Positions 23,223 to 32,892 of a stretch of 64,000 bases of DNA are shown piece by piece. This DNA comes from Oscillospiraceae bacterium (lineage in GTDB: Bacteria > Bacillota > Clostridia > Oscillospirales > Ruminococcaceae), in contig JAFSDS010000026.1 in NCBI GenBank assembly GCA_017436125.1, positions 862 to 64,861 on the forward strand, written 5' to 3'. A model generated the notes under the pieces. It saw nothing but the letters and a program-made list of their open reading frames with translations, was not told where the DNA came from and did no database searches. The position numbers and the translations under genes are program-made. How positions within the stretch are numbered: the first letter of the stretch is position 1; each line of letters opens with the position of its first letter.

Positions 23223-25445
23223 ATGAGTAAATCACCAAGCGCGGTTATAAGAATAAGAATTTTAGCGGCGTGCATTGCCATAGCTTTTATAGGCTTTGGT
23301 ATTCTTTTGGTGCGCCTTTTTCAGATTTCAATAATCGATTCGGAAAAATATCAGCAGGAGGCGGCGGAAAACCAGTTTCAGGTAACCTCCATTTCTCCGG
23401 AACGCGGAACCATTTATGATACCAACGGCAATAAGCTTGCCATGAGTACCACCGCATGGACAGTCTGCGTTTCTCCCGCGGATATCAAAAACGACACACA
23501 GAGAAACCTTATCGTTTCCGGACTTTCGGAAATTCTTGGGGTTAAAGAGGACTATGTCAGGGAAAAATGTGAAAGAAGCAACTACTATCAGGTCATCAAG
23601 GCCAGAGTTGATAAAAAGGCTGTTGAAGAGGTAACCGCCTTTGCGGCAAACAACGGTGTTTCAAAATGCGTTTTCATAAGAGAAACCGTTTCCCGTAAGT
23701 ATCCTTATGAGAACTTTGCTTCCTCCGTTATCGGTTTTGTAAACTCCGAATACGTTGCGTCCTACGGTCTTGAAGCACAGTATGATGAAGTTTTAAGCGG
23801 CACCGCCGGAAAACTTATTTCCGCAAAGGACTCCTGGGGCCAGGCAATGCCCTTCGGCTATGACGAGCTTTATTCCTCCGAAGACGGAAACAGCATAGTT
23901 ACCACTCTTGACGAAGGTATCCAGTATTTTGTTGAAAAACACCTTGAACTTGCGGTAAAGGAACACAGCGTTCAGGAACGCGGAGCCTGTATCGTAATGG
24001 ACGTCAACACCGGCAAGATCCTTGCCATGGCGACCAAAGGTGACTTTGACCCTAACAACTATACAGCTCTTCCGGATTCCGTAAAGGAAGAGATCGAAAA
24101 ACTTCCGGAAGATGAACAGGGTGCCGCAACTCAGGATGCCCAGTTTGCCATGTGGAGAAACAAGGCAATTTCCGACCCCTATGAGCCCGGTTCCGTTTTC
24201 AAGATCATAACTCTTGCGGCGGCTCTTGACAGCAACACGACCACCCTCGGCGACAGCTTTACCTGTATAGGTTATGCAAATGTTGCGGACAGAAAGATTT
24301 CCTGCTGGAAGAACTTCGGCCATGGAGAACAGACCCTTGCGGACGCAGTACAGAACTCCTGTAACCCGGCTTTCATCCAGATAGGCCTTAACATGGGCAT
24401 AAGCAACTTTGAATATTATTTTGAAGCTTTCGGCTTTACCGATAAAACCGGAATCGACCTTCCCGGTGAGGCAAACAGCATTTACTATAACAACGGCATG
24501 ACCGAGATAAACCTTGCGTCAAGCTCCTTTGGCCAGACCTTTAAAGTAACTCCCATCCAGCTTGTTTCCGCTGTTTCTGCGGCGGTAAACGGCGGAAATC
24601 TTTATAAGCCCTATCTCGTACAGAGAGTTATTTCCGAAGACGGAAGCATTGTTGAGGAATATGAGCCCACCCTTGTTCGCCAGGTTATTTCCGAACAGAC
24701 TTCCAAAACCGTTGTTGAGATACTTGAAACCGTTGTAAGCGACGGTTCCGGCCGAACCGCGGCTGTTCCAGGATACCGTATCGGCGGCAAGACCGGTACT
24801 TCCGAAAAACTTGATGACGTTAATGAAGAAGGAAAAGTTGAAAACTATGTTTCCTCCTTCCTTGCGGTAGCTCCCATCGAAGATCCTCAGATAGTTGTTC
24901 TTCTTCTTCTTGATGAAGCACAGATGGAAAACCCTTACGGTTCCGTTGTTGCGGCTCCGGTTGTCGGTGCAATGCTTGCGGATATTCTTCCTTATATGGG
25001 AATCGAACCGAACTACACCCAGGCGGAACTTGACGCCATGACCGGAAAGGTCAAGGATGTTACCGAAAATCTTGTTCATGACGCAATGACCACTCTTCGC
25101 CTTCAGGGCTATTCCGTAACCATAGTGGGCGAAGGTACCACCGTTGTTGCCCAGTCGCCGGAAGCAGGTTCCCAGCTTGCCGCAGGCGGCACCATTACCC
25201 TTTATACCGACGAAAGCCTTATCCCGAAAGAGATAGAGGTCCCGGATGTTGAGGGCATGACTGTTACCGAAGTAAACAATGCTATAATCGGCGCGGGACT
25301 TAAACTTAAGCTTATCGGCGTAAGCGAATCCGCAACCGATCAGATAGCCTACATACAGACTCCCGCAGCCGGAGAAAAGGTAATGCCGGGAACTATCATA
25401 GAAGTCAGCTTTACTGTAAAAGAACCCGAAGAGGGCGAAGGCTGA
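23223..25445 (+). CDS. Class B penicillin-binding protein (FtsI/PBP2B/SpoVD type) with two PASTA domains
   Basis: ATG 23223 after AGAGGA. TM anchor, SVFK (SxxK), SCN (SxN), KTGT motifs. Two C-terminal PASTA repeats. Confidence 0.92.
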   Translation: MSKSPSAVIRIRILAACIAIAFIGFGILLVRLFQISIIDSEKYQQEAAENQFQVTSISPERGTIYDTNGNKLAMSTTAWTVCVSPADIKNDTQRNLIVSGLSEILGVKEDYVREKCERSNYYQVIKARVDKKAVEEVTAFAANNGVSKCVFIRETVSRKYPYENFASSVIGFVNSEYVASYGLEAQYDEVLSGTAGKLISAKDSWGQAMPFGYDELYSSEDGNSIVTTLDEGIQYFVEKHLELAVKEHSVQERGACIVMDVNTGKILAMATKGDFDPNNYTALPDSVKEEIEKLPEDEQGAATQDAQFAMWRNKAISDPYEPGSVFKIITLAAALDSNTTTLGDSFTCIGYANVADRKISCWKNFGHGEQTLADAVQNSCNPAFIQIGLNMGISNFEYYFEAFGFTDKTGIDLPGEANSIYYNNGMTEINLASSSFGQTFKVTPIQLVSAVSAAVNGGNLYKPYLVQRVISEDGSIVEEYEPTLVRQVISEQTSKTVVEILETVVSDGSGRTAAVPGYRIGGKTGTSEKLDDVNEEGKVENYVSSFLAVAPIEDPQIVVLLLLDEAQMENPYGSVVAAPVVGAMLADILPYMGIEPNYTQAELDAMTGKVKDVTENLVHDAMTTLRLQGYSVTIVGEGTTVVAQSPEAGSQLAAGGTITLYTDESLIPKEIEVPDVEGMTVTEVNNAIIGAGLKLKLIGVSESATDQIAYIQTPAAGEKVMPGTIIEVSFTVKEPEEGEG

Positions 25446-25480
25446 TAACAGAAAAAACATTTTAATCGGAGGTGATCCCT

Positions 25481-26917
25481 TTGCTTTTATCCGAACTTTT
25501 AAGGGATGTTGAATATACCGGAAAAATTGAAGATATTGAAATAAGGGATGTCACGGGTGATTCCAGAAGAGTTGAACCCGGCTCTGTTTTCGTATGCATA
25601 AAGGGCGGAAACATAGACGGTCACGAATATGCCGCCGCCGCAAAAAGAAACGGCGCCGCATGGATAGTTGCGGAGCGGGATACCGGAATTGCCGAACAGA
25701 TAATCGTTCCTAATTCAAGGGCGGCATACGCCGTTATGTGTGCAAATATAAACGGCCGCCCCGCCGAAAAAATGAAGCTTATCGGCGTTACCGGAACAAA
25801 CGGAAAAACAACAATAACCTATCTTATAAAACATATCCTTGAATCCGCCGGCAAAAAAGTCGGACTTATCGGAACCATCCAGAACGTTATCGGCGATATC
25901 GCTCTTCCGGCAAAATATACCACCCCGGATGCGGCGGAGCTTCATGTCATCTTTTCAAGAATGGCAAACGCCGGATGCGACTATGTTGTAATGGAAGTTT
26001 CTTCCCAGGCGCTTGACCAAAAGCGTGTTGAGGGATGTCATTTTGAAACGGCGGTTTTCACCAATCTTACCCAGGATCACCTTGATTATCACGGCACGAT
26101 GGAAAACTATTTTGAAGCAAAAAAAGAGCTTTTCAGGAACTGTGAAAACGCGGTACTCTGCATCGATGACGAATACGGAAAGACCCTTGCAAAAGAACTT
26201 TCCTGCCCGGTAAAAACCGTTTCAATAGGCGATATCCTTGCGGACTATACAGCCCATGACGTTAAAAACTCCGGCGGCGGATGCAAATTCGCCATGGTCG
26301 GAAAAGGAGATATCGGAAGAGTAAAATTTTCCATGCCCGGAAAATTTTCCGCTTCCAACGCAATGCTTGCGGCCTGCGCCGCAATGAACTGCGGCCTTTC
26401 TTTTGAAGAGGCCGTTGAAGGTCTAAATTCCTGTCCGGGAGTTAAGGGCAGGGTGGAGGTCATCCATTCCGGAGATTTTACCGTTATCCGCGATTTTGCC
26501 CACGGACCCGACGCCCTTGAAAAAGTTTTGGATTCCATCAGAGAATGCGCAGAGGGAAGGATAGTCACCCTCTTCGGCTGTGCCGGAAACCGCGATAAAA
26601 CAAAACGTCCTCTTATGGTAAATGCCGTTGCGGCAAAATCCGATTTTATGATACTGACAAGCGATAACCCCCGCCATGAACCGGTTGAGGAGATCGCAGA
26701 AGATACTCTTCCTGCAATCAAAAAATGCGGCGTTCCGTATCACTATGAGCCGGACAGATACAAAGCAATAAAATGGGCCCTTGAACATTGTGAAAAAGGC
26801 GACGTTCTTCTTCTTGCAGGAAAAGGCCATGAGGATTATCAGGTCCTTGATTTCGGAACCGTTTATTTTGACGAAAAAGTCATAGTAAAAAATTTTATTG
26901 AAGAAATGGAAAAATAA
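25481..26917 (+). CDS. murE: UDP-N-acetylmuramoyl-tripeptide synthetase MurE
   Basis: GVTGTNGKTT P-loop, Mur ligase middle and C domains, DNPR motif. TTG 25481 lies 8 nt after GGAGG (the track's GTG 25472 overlaps the SD). Confidence 0.93.
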   Translation: MLLSELLRDVEYTGKIEDIEIRDVTGDSRRVEPGSVFVCIKGGNIDGHEYAAAAKRNGAAWIVAERDTGIAEQIIVPNSRAAYAVMCANINGRPAEKMKLIGVTGTNGKTTITYLIKHILESAGKKVGLIGTIQNVIGDIALPAKYTTPDAAELHVIFSRMANAGCDYVVMEVSSQALDQKRVEGCHFETAVFTNLTQDHLDYHGTMENYFEAKKELFRNCENAVLCIDDEYGKTLAKELSCPVKTVSIGDILADYTAHDVKNSGGGCKFAMVGKGDIGRVKFSMPGKFSASNAMLAACAAMNCGLSFEEAVEGLNSCPGVKGRVEVIHSGDFTVIRDFAHGPDALEKVLDSIRECAEGRIVTLFGCAGNRDKTKRPLMVNAVAAKSDFMILTSDNPRHEPVEEIAEDTLPAIKKCGVPYHYEPDRYKAIKWALEHCEKGDVLLLAGKGHEDYQVLDFGTVYFDEKVIVKNFIEEMEK

Positions 26918-26929
26918 AGCGAAAGGGGA

Positions 26930-28312
26930 ATGAACGCTTTGCTTCCGCTTAAACTTAAAGAGATTGCTGAGGCCATCGGCGCAAAAACAAATAAAGAGAT
27001 CCCGGATATTGAAATAACCAATATCTGTACGGATTCAAGGGATGTTCGCCCCGGCAGCATATTCGTCGCCCTTTGCGGCGAAAGATTTGACGGCCACGCT
27101 TTTGTAAAAACCGCTATGGAAAAGGGCGCCCTTTGGGCTGTTGTTCAAAAAGAAGGGGACTATGGAACGGATAACCTTCTTTTCGTAAACACCACCCGCC
27201 AGGCTTTTCTTGATATTGCCGGCCTTTACCGAAGCAAATTCACTCCTAAAGTAATTGCGGTAACCGGTTCCGTAGGCAAAACCACCACAAGGGAAATGAT
27301 AGCCGCCGTTATAAAGAGCAGGTATAACACCCTTAAAACAGAAAACAATCTCAATAACGAAGTGGGCGTTCCCAAAACCATTCTTGAACTTGACGAGAGC
27401 ATTGAAGCTATGGTGCTTGAATTCGGAATGACAAATCTTGGCGAAATAAGGGAACTTACCGTTCCGGCAAAACCGGATATCGCGGTAATAACCTGCATCG
27501 GTACCTGCCATATCGAAAACCTCGGTTCAAGAGAAAACATAAGAAAAGCGAAGCTTGAGATAATAGAAGGCCTTAAGGAAGGCGGAACGCTTCTTCTCAA
27601 TAAAGATAACGATATGCTCCGGGATATTTGTCTTCCAAAGCAGAATGTGGTATACTATGCTGTTGAGGACAACACTGCGGACATCACCGCAAAGGATATT
27701 GTTGAGCAGGACGGCGAAACGGATTTCGTTATCTGCTGCAAAACAGGAGAATACCGTGCTCATATTCCTACAATGGGTGTCCATAACGTGCTCAATGCCC
27801 TTGCGGGTTTTGGTGCCGGTGTTGCCGCAGGTATGGAGCCGGAGGAATGTGCAAAGGCGCTTGCATCCTTTAAAAATACCGGAATGCGCCAGAAAGTTAA
27901 AACTTGCCGCGGAGTAACGGTGGTCGAAGACTGTTACAACGCAAATCCGGATTCTATGAAAGCCGCTCTTAATACCCTCGGTGCTCAAAAAACCACCGAC
28001 GGTGCTCAAAAAATAGCCGTGCTCGGCGATATGCTCGAACTTGGAACCGTTGCGGAAAGTTCCCATTATGAAATCGGAAAACTTGCGGCGGAAAAGGCGG
28101 ATGTTCTTTTCTGCTGCGGTGAACTTTCAAGGCTTATTGCCGCGGGAGCATGGGTAAACGGGATGAAAACAACAGCTTTTCATTTTGAAACAAAGGAAGA
28201 CCTTGCTGAAAAACTCAGAAAAACCGCAAAACCCGGCGATATTATCTGGCTTAAAGCCAGCCGCGGAATGAAATTTGAGGATATCGCAGAGGCATTTTAC
28301 GAAGAAAACTGA
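26930..28312 (+). CDS. murF: UDP-MurNAc-pentapeptide synthetase MurF
   Basis: VTGSVGKTTT P-loop, Mur ligase fold, position after murE. Confidence 0.93.
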   Translation: MNALLPLKLKEIAEAIGAKTNKEIPDIEITNICTDSRDVRPGSIFVALCGERFDGHAFVKTAMEKGALWAVVQKEGDYGTDNLLFVNTTRQAFLDIAGLYRSKFTPKVIAVTGSVGKTTTREMIAAVIKSRYNTLKTENNLNNEVGVPKTILELDESIEAMVLEFGMTNLGEIRELTVPAKPDIAVITCIGTCHIENLGSRENIRKAKLEIIEGLKEGGTLLLNKDNDMLRDICLPKQNVVYYAVEDNTADITAKDIVEQDGETDFVICCKTGEYRAHIPTMGVHNVLNALAGFGAGVAAGMEPEECAKALASFKNTGMRQKVKTCRGVTVVEDCYNANPDSMKAALNTLGAQKTTDGAQKIAVLGDMLELGTVAESSHYEIGKLAAEKADVLFCCGELSRLIAAGAWVNGMKTTAFHFETKEDLAEKLRKTAKPGDIIWLKASRGMKFEDIAEAFYEEN

Positions 28313-28330
28313 CAAAACGGAGGAATAAAT

Positions 28331-29308
28331 ATGCAGATAGCATTGGTAGCATTTGTTGCTTTTGCAATTTCGGCCCTTTCCGGCCATTGGCTTATCCCCG
28401 CCCTTAAAAAACTTAACTTTGGCCAAAGCATTCTTGAAATCGGCCCAAACTGGCATAAAAGCAAGGAAGGAACCCCCACCATGGGCGGCATTATGTTCAT
28501 CATCGGCATTATCGCCGCAAGCTGTCTTGCTTTCTTCTTCCTTCTCGATGCTCCGGCAACAGAAAAGATCAAATACGGAAGCGGCCTTGTAATGGCCCTC
28601 GGATACGGCCTTCTCGGCTTCATTGATGACTATACCAAGGTAGTCCGCAAACAGAATGAAGGCCTTACCGCAAAACAAAAACTTATCGGCCAGGTTCTTC
28701 TTGCGGTTATGTTCCTTGTTGGCCTTCATATTTCCGGAACTCTTTCCACCGTTCTTGTTATCCCTTTTATCGGCCAGCTTGATATCGGATTCCTTTACTA
28801 TCCTCTTGCTGTATTCATCATTGTCGGCGCTTCGAATGCGGTTAACCTTACCGACGGAATCGATGGACTTTGTTCTTCCGTAACTTTTGTCTGCGCATGC
28901 GGATTTATTGTTATGGCAGCCATTCTTGAACATACTTCCATGAGCTTTATGGCTGCTGCCCTTGCTGGCGGATGCGCGGGCTACTTCCTCTGGAACTGCT
29001 ATCCCGCAAGAGTATTTATGGGAGATACCGGCTCGCTTTTCCTTGGCGGAATGGTCTGTGCCCTTGCGTTCGGACTCAATATTCCGATGATCCTTGTTTT
29101 TGCAGGTATTGTTTATGTTATCGAAACCCTTTCCGATATCATCCAGATCGGAAGCTATAAACTCCGCAAAAAACGCGTTTTCAAAATGGCACCTATTCAC
29201 CACCATTTTGAACTCAGCGGCTGGAGCGAATGGAAAATTGTTATTGTATTCTGCATTGTAGGTCTTTGCGGTGCGGCAATTTCCGTTCTTGCGGTCACTA
29301 TGATTTGA
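28331..29308 (+). CDS. mraY: Phospho-N-acetylmuramoyl-pentapeptide transferase MraY
   Basis: KEGTPTMGGIMF, NAVNLTDGIDGL, FMGDTGSL, HHHFE motifs. Confidence 0.97.
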   Translation: MQIALVAFVAFAISALSGHWLIPALKKLNFGQSILEIGPNWHKSKEGTPTMGGIMFIIGIIAASCLAFFFLLDAPATEKIKYGSGLVMALGYGLLGFIDDYTKVVRKQNEGLTAKQKLIGQVLLAVMFLVGLHISGTLSTVLVIPFIGQLDIGFLYYPLAVFIIVGASNAVNLTDGIDGLCSSVTFVCACGFIVMAAILEHTSMSFMAAALAGGCAGYFLWNCYPARVFMGDTGSLFLGGMVCALAFGLNIPMILVFAGIVYVIETLSDIIQIGSYKLRKKRVFKMAPIHHHFELSGWSEWKIVIVFCIVGLCGAAISVLAVTMI

Positions 29309-29338
29309 TTTATCCCCCTTTTTTAAGAAAGGATCCAA

Positions 29339-30520
29339 ATGAAAGCTATTACGATTGATTTAGAAAGCTTTATACCGCGTTCTGCGGCAAAAGAGCACCT
29401 TTTTTTGCCGAAGAAGAAAAGAGGAAAAATCGACGTTACTTTTCTGACGCTGGTTTTGGTTCTTCTTACCTTCGGTCTTGTTATGCTCTTTTCTGCAAGC
29501 CATGCTTTTGCTTTTTATAATGACGGCGACAGCTTTTATTATATCGAGCGTCAGCTTGTTTTTGCGGTAATGGGCGTTGCGGCAATGCTTTTTATATCCC
29601 AGCTGAACTATAAATGGCTCCGGAAATGGTCCGTTGTTATTTTCATCGGCGCGGTGCTCCTCCTTCTCTATACAGATATTTTCATGCGCGACCAATACGG
29701 TTTTGCAAGATGGTTCTATATTTTCGATTTTTCGTTCCAGCCTTCGGAGATCGCAAAATTTGCAATTATCGTTCTTTTTGCACATCTGGCTGCAACAAAC
29801 TCCGATAAAATGGGAACTTTCCGCTACGGTGTTCTTCCTTTCGGAATCTGCCTTGGAACCGTTGCTCTTCTTGTTATATTGAGCCGTCACCTTTCCGGTA
29901 CCATTATCGTCGGTATTCTCGGAATCGCTATGATGTGGTTTGGCGGAACAAAACTCCGCTATTTTGCAATGCTGGTCGGCGCAGGAGCTGCGGCGGTTAT
30001 CGTTGTTCTTATTGTTCCGGCCTTCATGGAATACGCCGGTGACCGCGTTACAACCTGGCTTGATCCTTATTCCGACCCTCTCGGTGCAGGATTCCAGACC
30101 ATTCAGGCACTTATCGCCATCGGTTCCGGCGGACTTTGGGGCGTTGGACTCGGAAACTCCCGCCAGAAATACCTCTATATCCCGGAACCGCAGAACGACT
30201 TTATTTTCCCGGTTGTTGTTGAAGAGCTTGGCTTTATCGGTGCAGCTCTTGTTATAATTCTTTTTGCGCTTCTTGTTATCCGCGGATACGTTATCGCAAT
30301 GCGCTGCCCGGATAAATTCGGCGCTCTTCTTGCGGCAGGATGCGTTACCCATATCGGCCTTCAGGTTCTTCTTAACATCGCCGTTGTTACAAACACAATA
30401 CCGAACACCGGTATTTCTCTTCCGCTTTTCTCATACGGCGGAACAGCGCTTTTGATGACCCTTGGTGAAATGGGCGTTGTTCTTTCCGTTTCAAAAAATT
30501 CCTCGATAAAAAAGAGCTAA
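29339..30520 (+). CDS. ftsW: SEDS-family peptidoglycan polymerase FtsW/SpoVE
   Basis: Polytopic protein. FQPSEIAKFAII, PEPQNDFIF, GISLPLFSYGGTALL motifs. Confidence 0.9.
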   Translation: MKAITIDLESFIPRSAAKEHLFLPKKKRGKIDVTFLTLVLVLLTFGLVMLFSASHAFAFYNDGDSFYYIERQLVFAVMGVAAMLFISQLNYKWLRKWSVVIFIGAVLLLLYTDIFMRDQYGFARWFYIFDFSFQPSEIAKFAIIVLFAHLAATNSDKMGTFRYGVLPFGICLGTVALLVILSRHLSGTIIVGILGIAMMWFGGTKLRYFAMLVGAGAAAVIVVLIVPAFMEYAGDRVTTWLDPYSDPLGAGFQTIQALIAIGSGGLWGVGLGNSRQKYLYIPEPQNDFIFPVVVEELGFIGAALVIILFALLVIRGYVIAMRCPDKFGALLAAGCVTHIGLQVLLNIAVVTNTIPNTGISLPLFSYGGTALLMTLGEMGVVLSVSKNSSIKKS

Positions 30521-30532
30521 AAGGAGGAAAAT

Positions 30533-31657
30533 ATGAAGATACTTTTCGCCTGCGGCGGAACCGCCGGACATATTAATCCTGCGGTTGCGGTTGCAAATTA
30601 TATGAAAGAAAACGATCCGGAGACAGAGATACTTTTTGCCGGCAACCCCAACGGAATGGAAGCAAGGATCGTTCCCAATGCGGGCTATGATTTTGCTCCG
30701 ATAAAAGTTCTCGGAATCCAGCGCAGACTTTCCATGCGCAACATAAAAAACAACGTAAAAGCCCTTTGGTATCTTGCAACAAGCTCCGCAAGGGCAAAAG
30801 AGATAATCGACGGCTTTAAGCCGGATATCGTTATCGGAACCGGCGGCTACGTAAGCGGCCCGGTTGTCAGAAAAGCCGCTTTGATGGGATATAAGACCAT
30901 CGCCATGGAAAGCAATGCTTTTCCCGGAATGACCACAAAGCTTCTTGCAAAACATGTTGATAAAATCCTTCTTGACGTTGAAGAAAGCAAAAAATTCCTT
31001 CCGGAAGGAAAGGAATATGTCGTTACCGGAAATCCCGTCCGCCAGGAAATTTTCAGCCAGGACAGAAAAGCCGCGAGAGAATTTTACGGAATTGGAGACA
31101 GGATCTGCATCCTTTCCTTTGGCGGAAGCCTTGGTGCTCAAAGGCTTAACGAAGCGGTTGCAGAGCTTATGGCATGGCATCTTGGCGAAAAAGATTTTGT
31201 CCATATCCACGGTTCCGGCTCCTATTACGGACCCTCCTATTATGCGGATATGCTCAAGGAAAAAGGCATAAATGCTGATGAGCATAAAAACCTTATAATC
31301 CGCGAATACATAAACGATATGCCCCGCTGTCTTGCGGCGGCGGACCTTGTTATTTCCCGCTGCGGCGCCATAACCCTTGCGGAACTTAAAGCCGCGGGAA
31401 GAGCCTCCGTGCTCATCCCTTCTCCCAATGTTGCGGAAAATCACCAGTATCATAACGCCATGGTGCTCGCAAATCACGAAGCCGGCGTTGTTATTGAAGA
31501 AAAGGACCTTACAGGTGAGCTTCTTTGCAAAACCGTAAAGGAACTTACCGAAAATCCGGAAAAACTTATAAAACTTTCCGAAAACGCAAAAGCTCTTGCA
31601 ATAACCGATGCAAACGAACGCATCAGAAAAGAAATTATTTCTCTTTACGAAAGATAA
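30533..31657 (+). CDS. murG: Lipid II glycosyltransferase MurG
   Basis: GGTAGHINPAVAVA N-terminus. RCGAITLAELKAAGRASVLIPSP C-terminal motif. Confidence 0.95.
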   Translation: MKILFACGGTAGHINPAVAVANYMKENDPETEILFAGNPNGMEARIVPNAGYDFAPIKVLGIQRRLSMRNIKNNVKALWYLATSSARAKEIIDGFKPDIVIGTGGYVSGPVVRKAALMGYKTIAMESNAFPGMTTKLLAKHVDKILLDVEESKKFLPEGKEYVVTGNPVRQEIFSQDRKAAREFYGIGDRICILSFGGSLGAQRLNEAVAELMAWHLGEKDFVHIHGSGSYYGPSYYADMLKEKGINADEHKNLIIREYINDMPRCLAAADLVISRCGAITLAELKAAGRASVLIPSPNVAENHQYHNAMVLANHEAGVVIEEKDLTGELLCKTVKELTENPEKLIKLSENAKALAITDANERIRKEIISLYER

Positions 31658-31663
31658 CGGAAA

Positions 31664-32518
31664 ATGAAGTTCAGATTTAAAAAAACGGAGAAAAAGCAAA
31701 CCGAAGGAAGGTTTGTGGATAATGCGAAGAAAAAGCAGCGCAAAGCGGCAAAACGCCGCAGACTTACGCCGTTTTTAATCGTCATGTCCGTTTTTATCCT
31801 TGCCGCGGCGATTTATCTTTGCCTTACGATGCTTTTCAACGTTGACCGCATTGAGATCATCGGCAACACCCTCTATGAGGAAAGGGATCTTATCGAAACT
31901 TCCGGTATTGAAAAAGGCGAAAACCTTTTCGAGGTTGATACAGCCTATGCGGAAAACAAGCTCTATGCGGTTTTCAGCTATGTTGAGGAAGTTGAGGTAA
32001 AACGAAGTTTTCCCAACGGTGTTACCATCACCATCACAGAAGCGGAGCCTTTTTCCGTAATTGAGGAAGCGGACGGCTATACCCTCGTAAGCGCAGGAGG
32101 AAAAGTTCTTGAACGCGGACTTGAGGAAGTTCCGAGAGGTATGCTTTCCGTTCGCGGAATAAGCACCATCACCAGTACGGAGGACGATATCAAACGAACC
32201 GAACTCATGCAGAGAATCATAAATACCATGCGTGAACTTGAGATGGAGGGATATGATTTCCTCGATCTTCGTGATACCCTCGATATCACCATGATTTATG
32301 ACAACAGGGTTAGGGTCCAGCTTGGAAACGAACTTGAACTTGAATATAAACTCCAGTTTGCGGATAAAGTTATCCGGGAAAATCTTTCAAAAACCGGCTA
32401 TCAGCTTGTTGATGCTTCCGTACCGGGAGAGATAATGACTAAGGAAATGACCGTTTCTCCCTGGGATTCCCTCGGAAGAGTTTCCGGAACAGGCTATGCG
32501 GACGAGGATGAGGAATAA
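31664..32518 (+). CDS. ftsQ: Cell division protein FtsQ/DivIB (POTRA)
   Basis: Basic N-terminus, one TM helix, then a POTRA-like VDRIEIIGNTLYEERDLIETSGIEKGENLF. Confidence 0.8.
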   Translation: MKFRFKKTEKKQTEGRFVDNAKKKQRKAAKRRRLTPFLIVMSVFILAAAIYLCLTMLFNVDRIEIIGNTLYEERDLIETSGIEKGENLFEVDTAYAENKLYAVFSYVEEVEVKRSFPNGVTITITEAEPFSVIEEADGYTLVSAGGKVLERGLEEVPRGMLSVRGISTITSTEDDIKRTELMQRIINTMRELEMEGYDFLDLRDTLDITMIYDNRVRVQLGNELELEYKLQFADKVIRENLSKTGYQLVDASVPGEIMTKEMTVSPWDSLGRVSGTGYADEDEE

Positions 32519-32520
32519 AT

Positions 32521-32703
32521 ATGAAAAAATACGACAGAATGTTTTCGATAAGCCTTGCGGTTATCGGTTTTAGTAATATTATATTTGCGGGTTCAAATAT
32601 TTTTGAATTTGAACTTCCGGGTGTGATAGTTATTCTGATCGGGATTCTGAATGTTGCGGCTGCAGTAATGCTGATTTATTCTTCGGTTAAAAAGATGAAT
32701 TGA
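32521..32703 (+). CDS. 60-aa two-TM membrane protein, translationally coupled to ftsQ
   Basis: ATG lies 2 nt after the ftsQ stop. Two hydrophobic helices. A terminator follows. Confidence 0.5.
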   Translation: MKKYDRMFSISLAVIGFSNIIFAGSNIFEFELPGVIVILIGILNVAAAVMLIYSSVKKMN

Positions 32704-32726
32704 AAAGGAAATTGATATAAAAAGAA

Positions 32727-32760
32727 TTGGCGGAGGAAGATTCTTCCGCCTTTTCTTTTT
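32727..32760 (+). terminator. Rho-independent terminator
   Basis: ggcggagg-aagatt-cttccgcc followed by TTTTCTTTTT. Confidence 0.7.
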
Positions 32761-32808
32761 ATGTCGAAATTTTTTGATAAAATAATAAGAAAAAATATTA
32801 TATATACC

Positions 32809-32837
32809 TTGCAAAAAAGTATTGGATTTGATAATAT
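32809..32837 (+). promoter_or_regulatory. Putative ftsZ promoter TTGCAA-17-TAATAT
   Basis: Hexamers at 32809-32814 and 32832-32837. Confidence 0.4.
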
Positions 32838-32892
32838 TGTATATAGGATTATTCTATCCATTTGAGGAAGTTAAAACGGAGGATAGTTAGAT

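Noticed and set aside
15791-25460. Other long antisense ORFs: 15791-16672, 20364-21059, 21518-22534, 22700-23281 and 24519-25460 (all minus strand)
   Set aside because: Each lies opposite a confidently identified gene (trmD/DUF554, the coiled-coil gene plus terminators, rsmH, ftsL, the PBP). None has an RBS or recognisable motifs.
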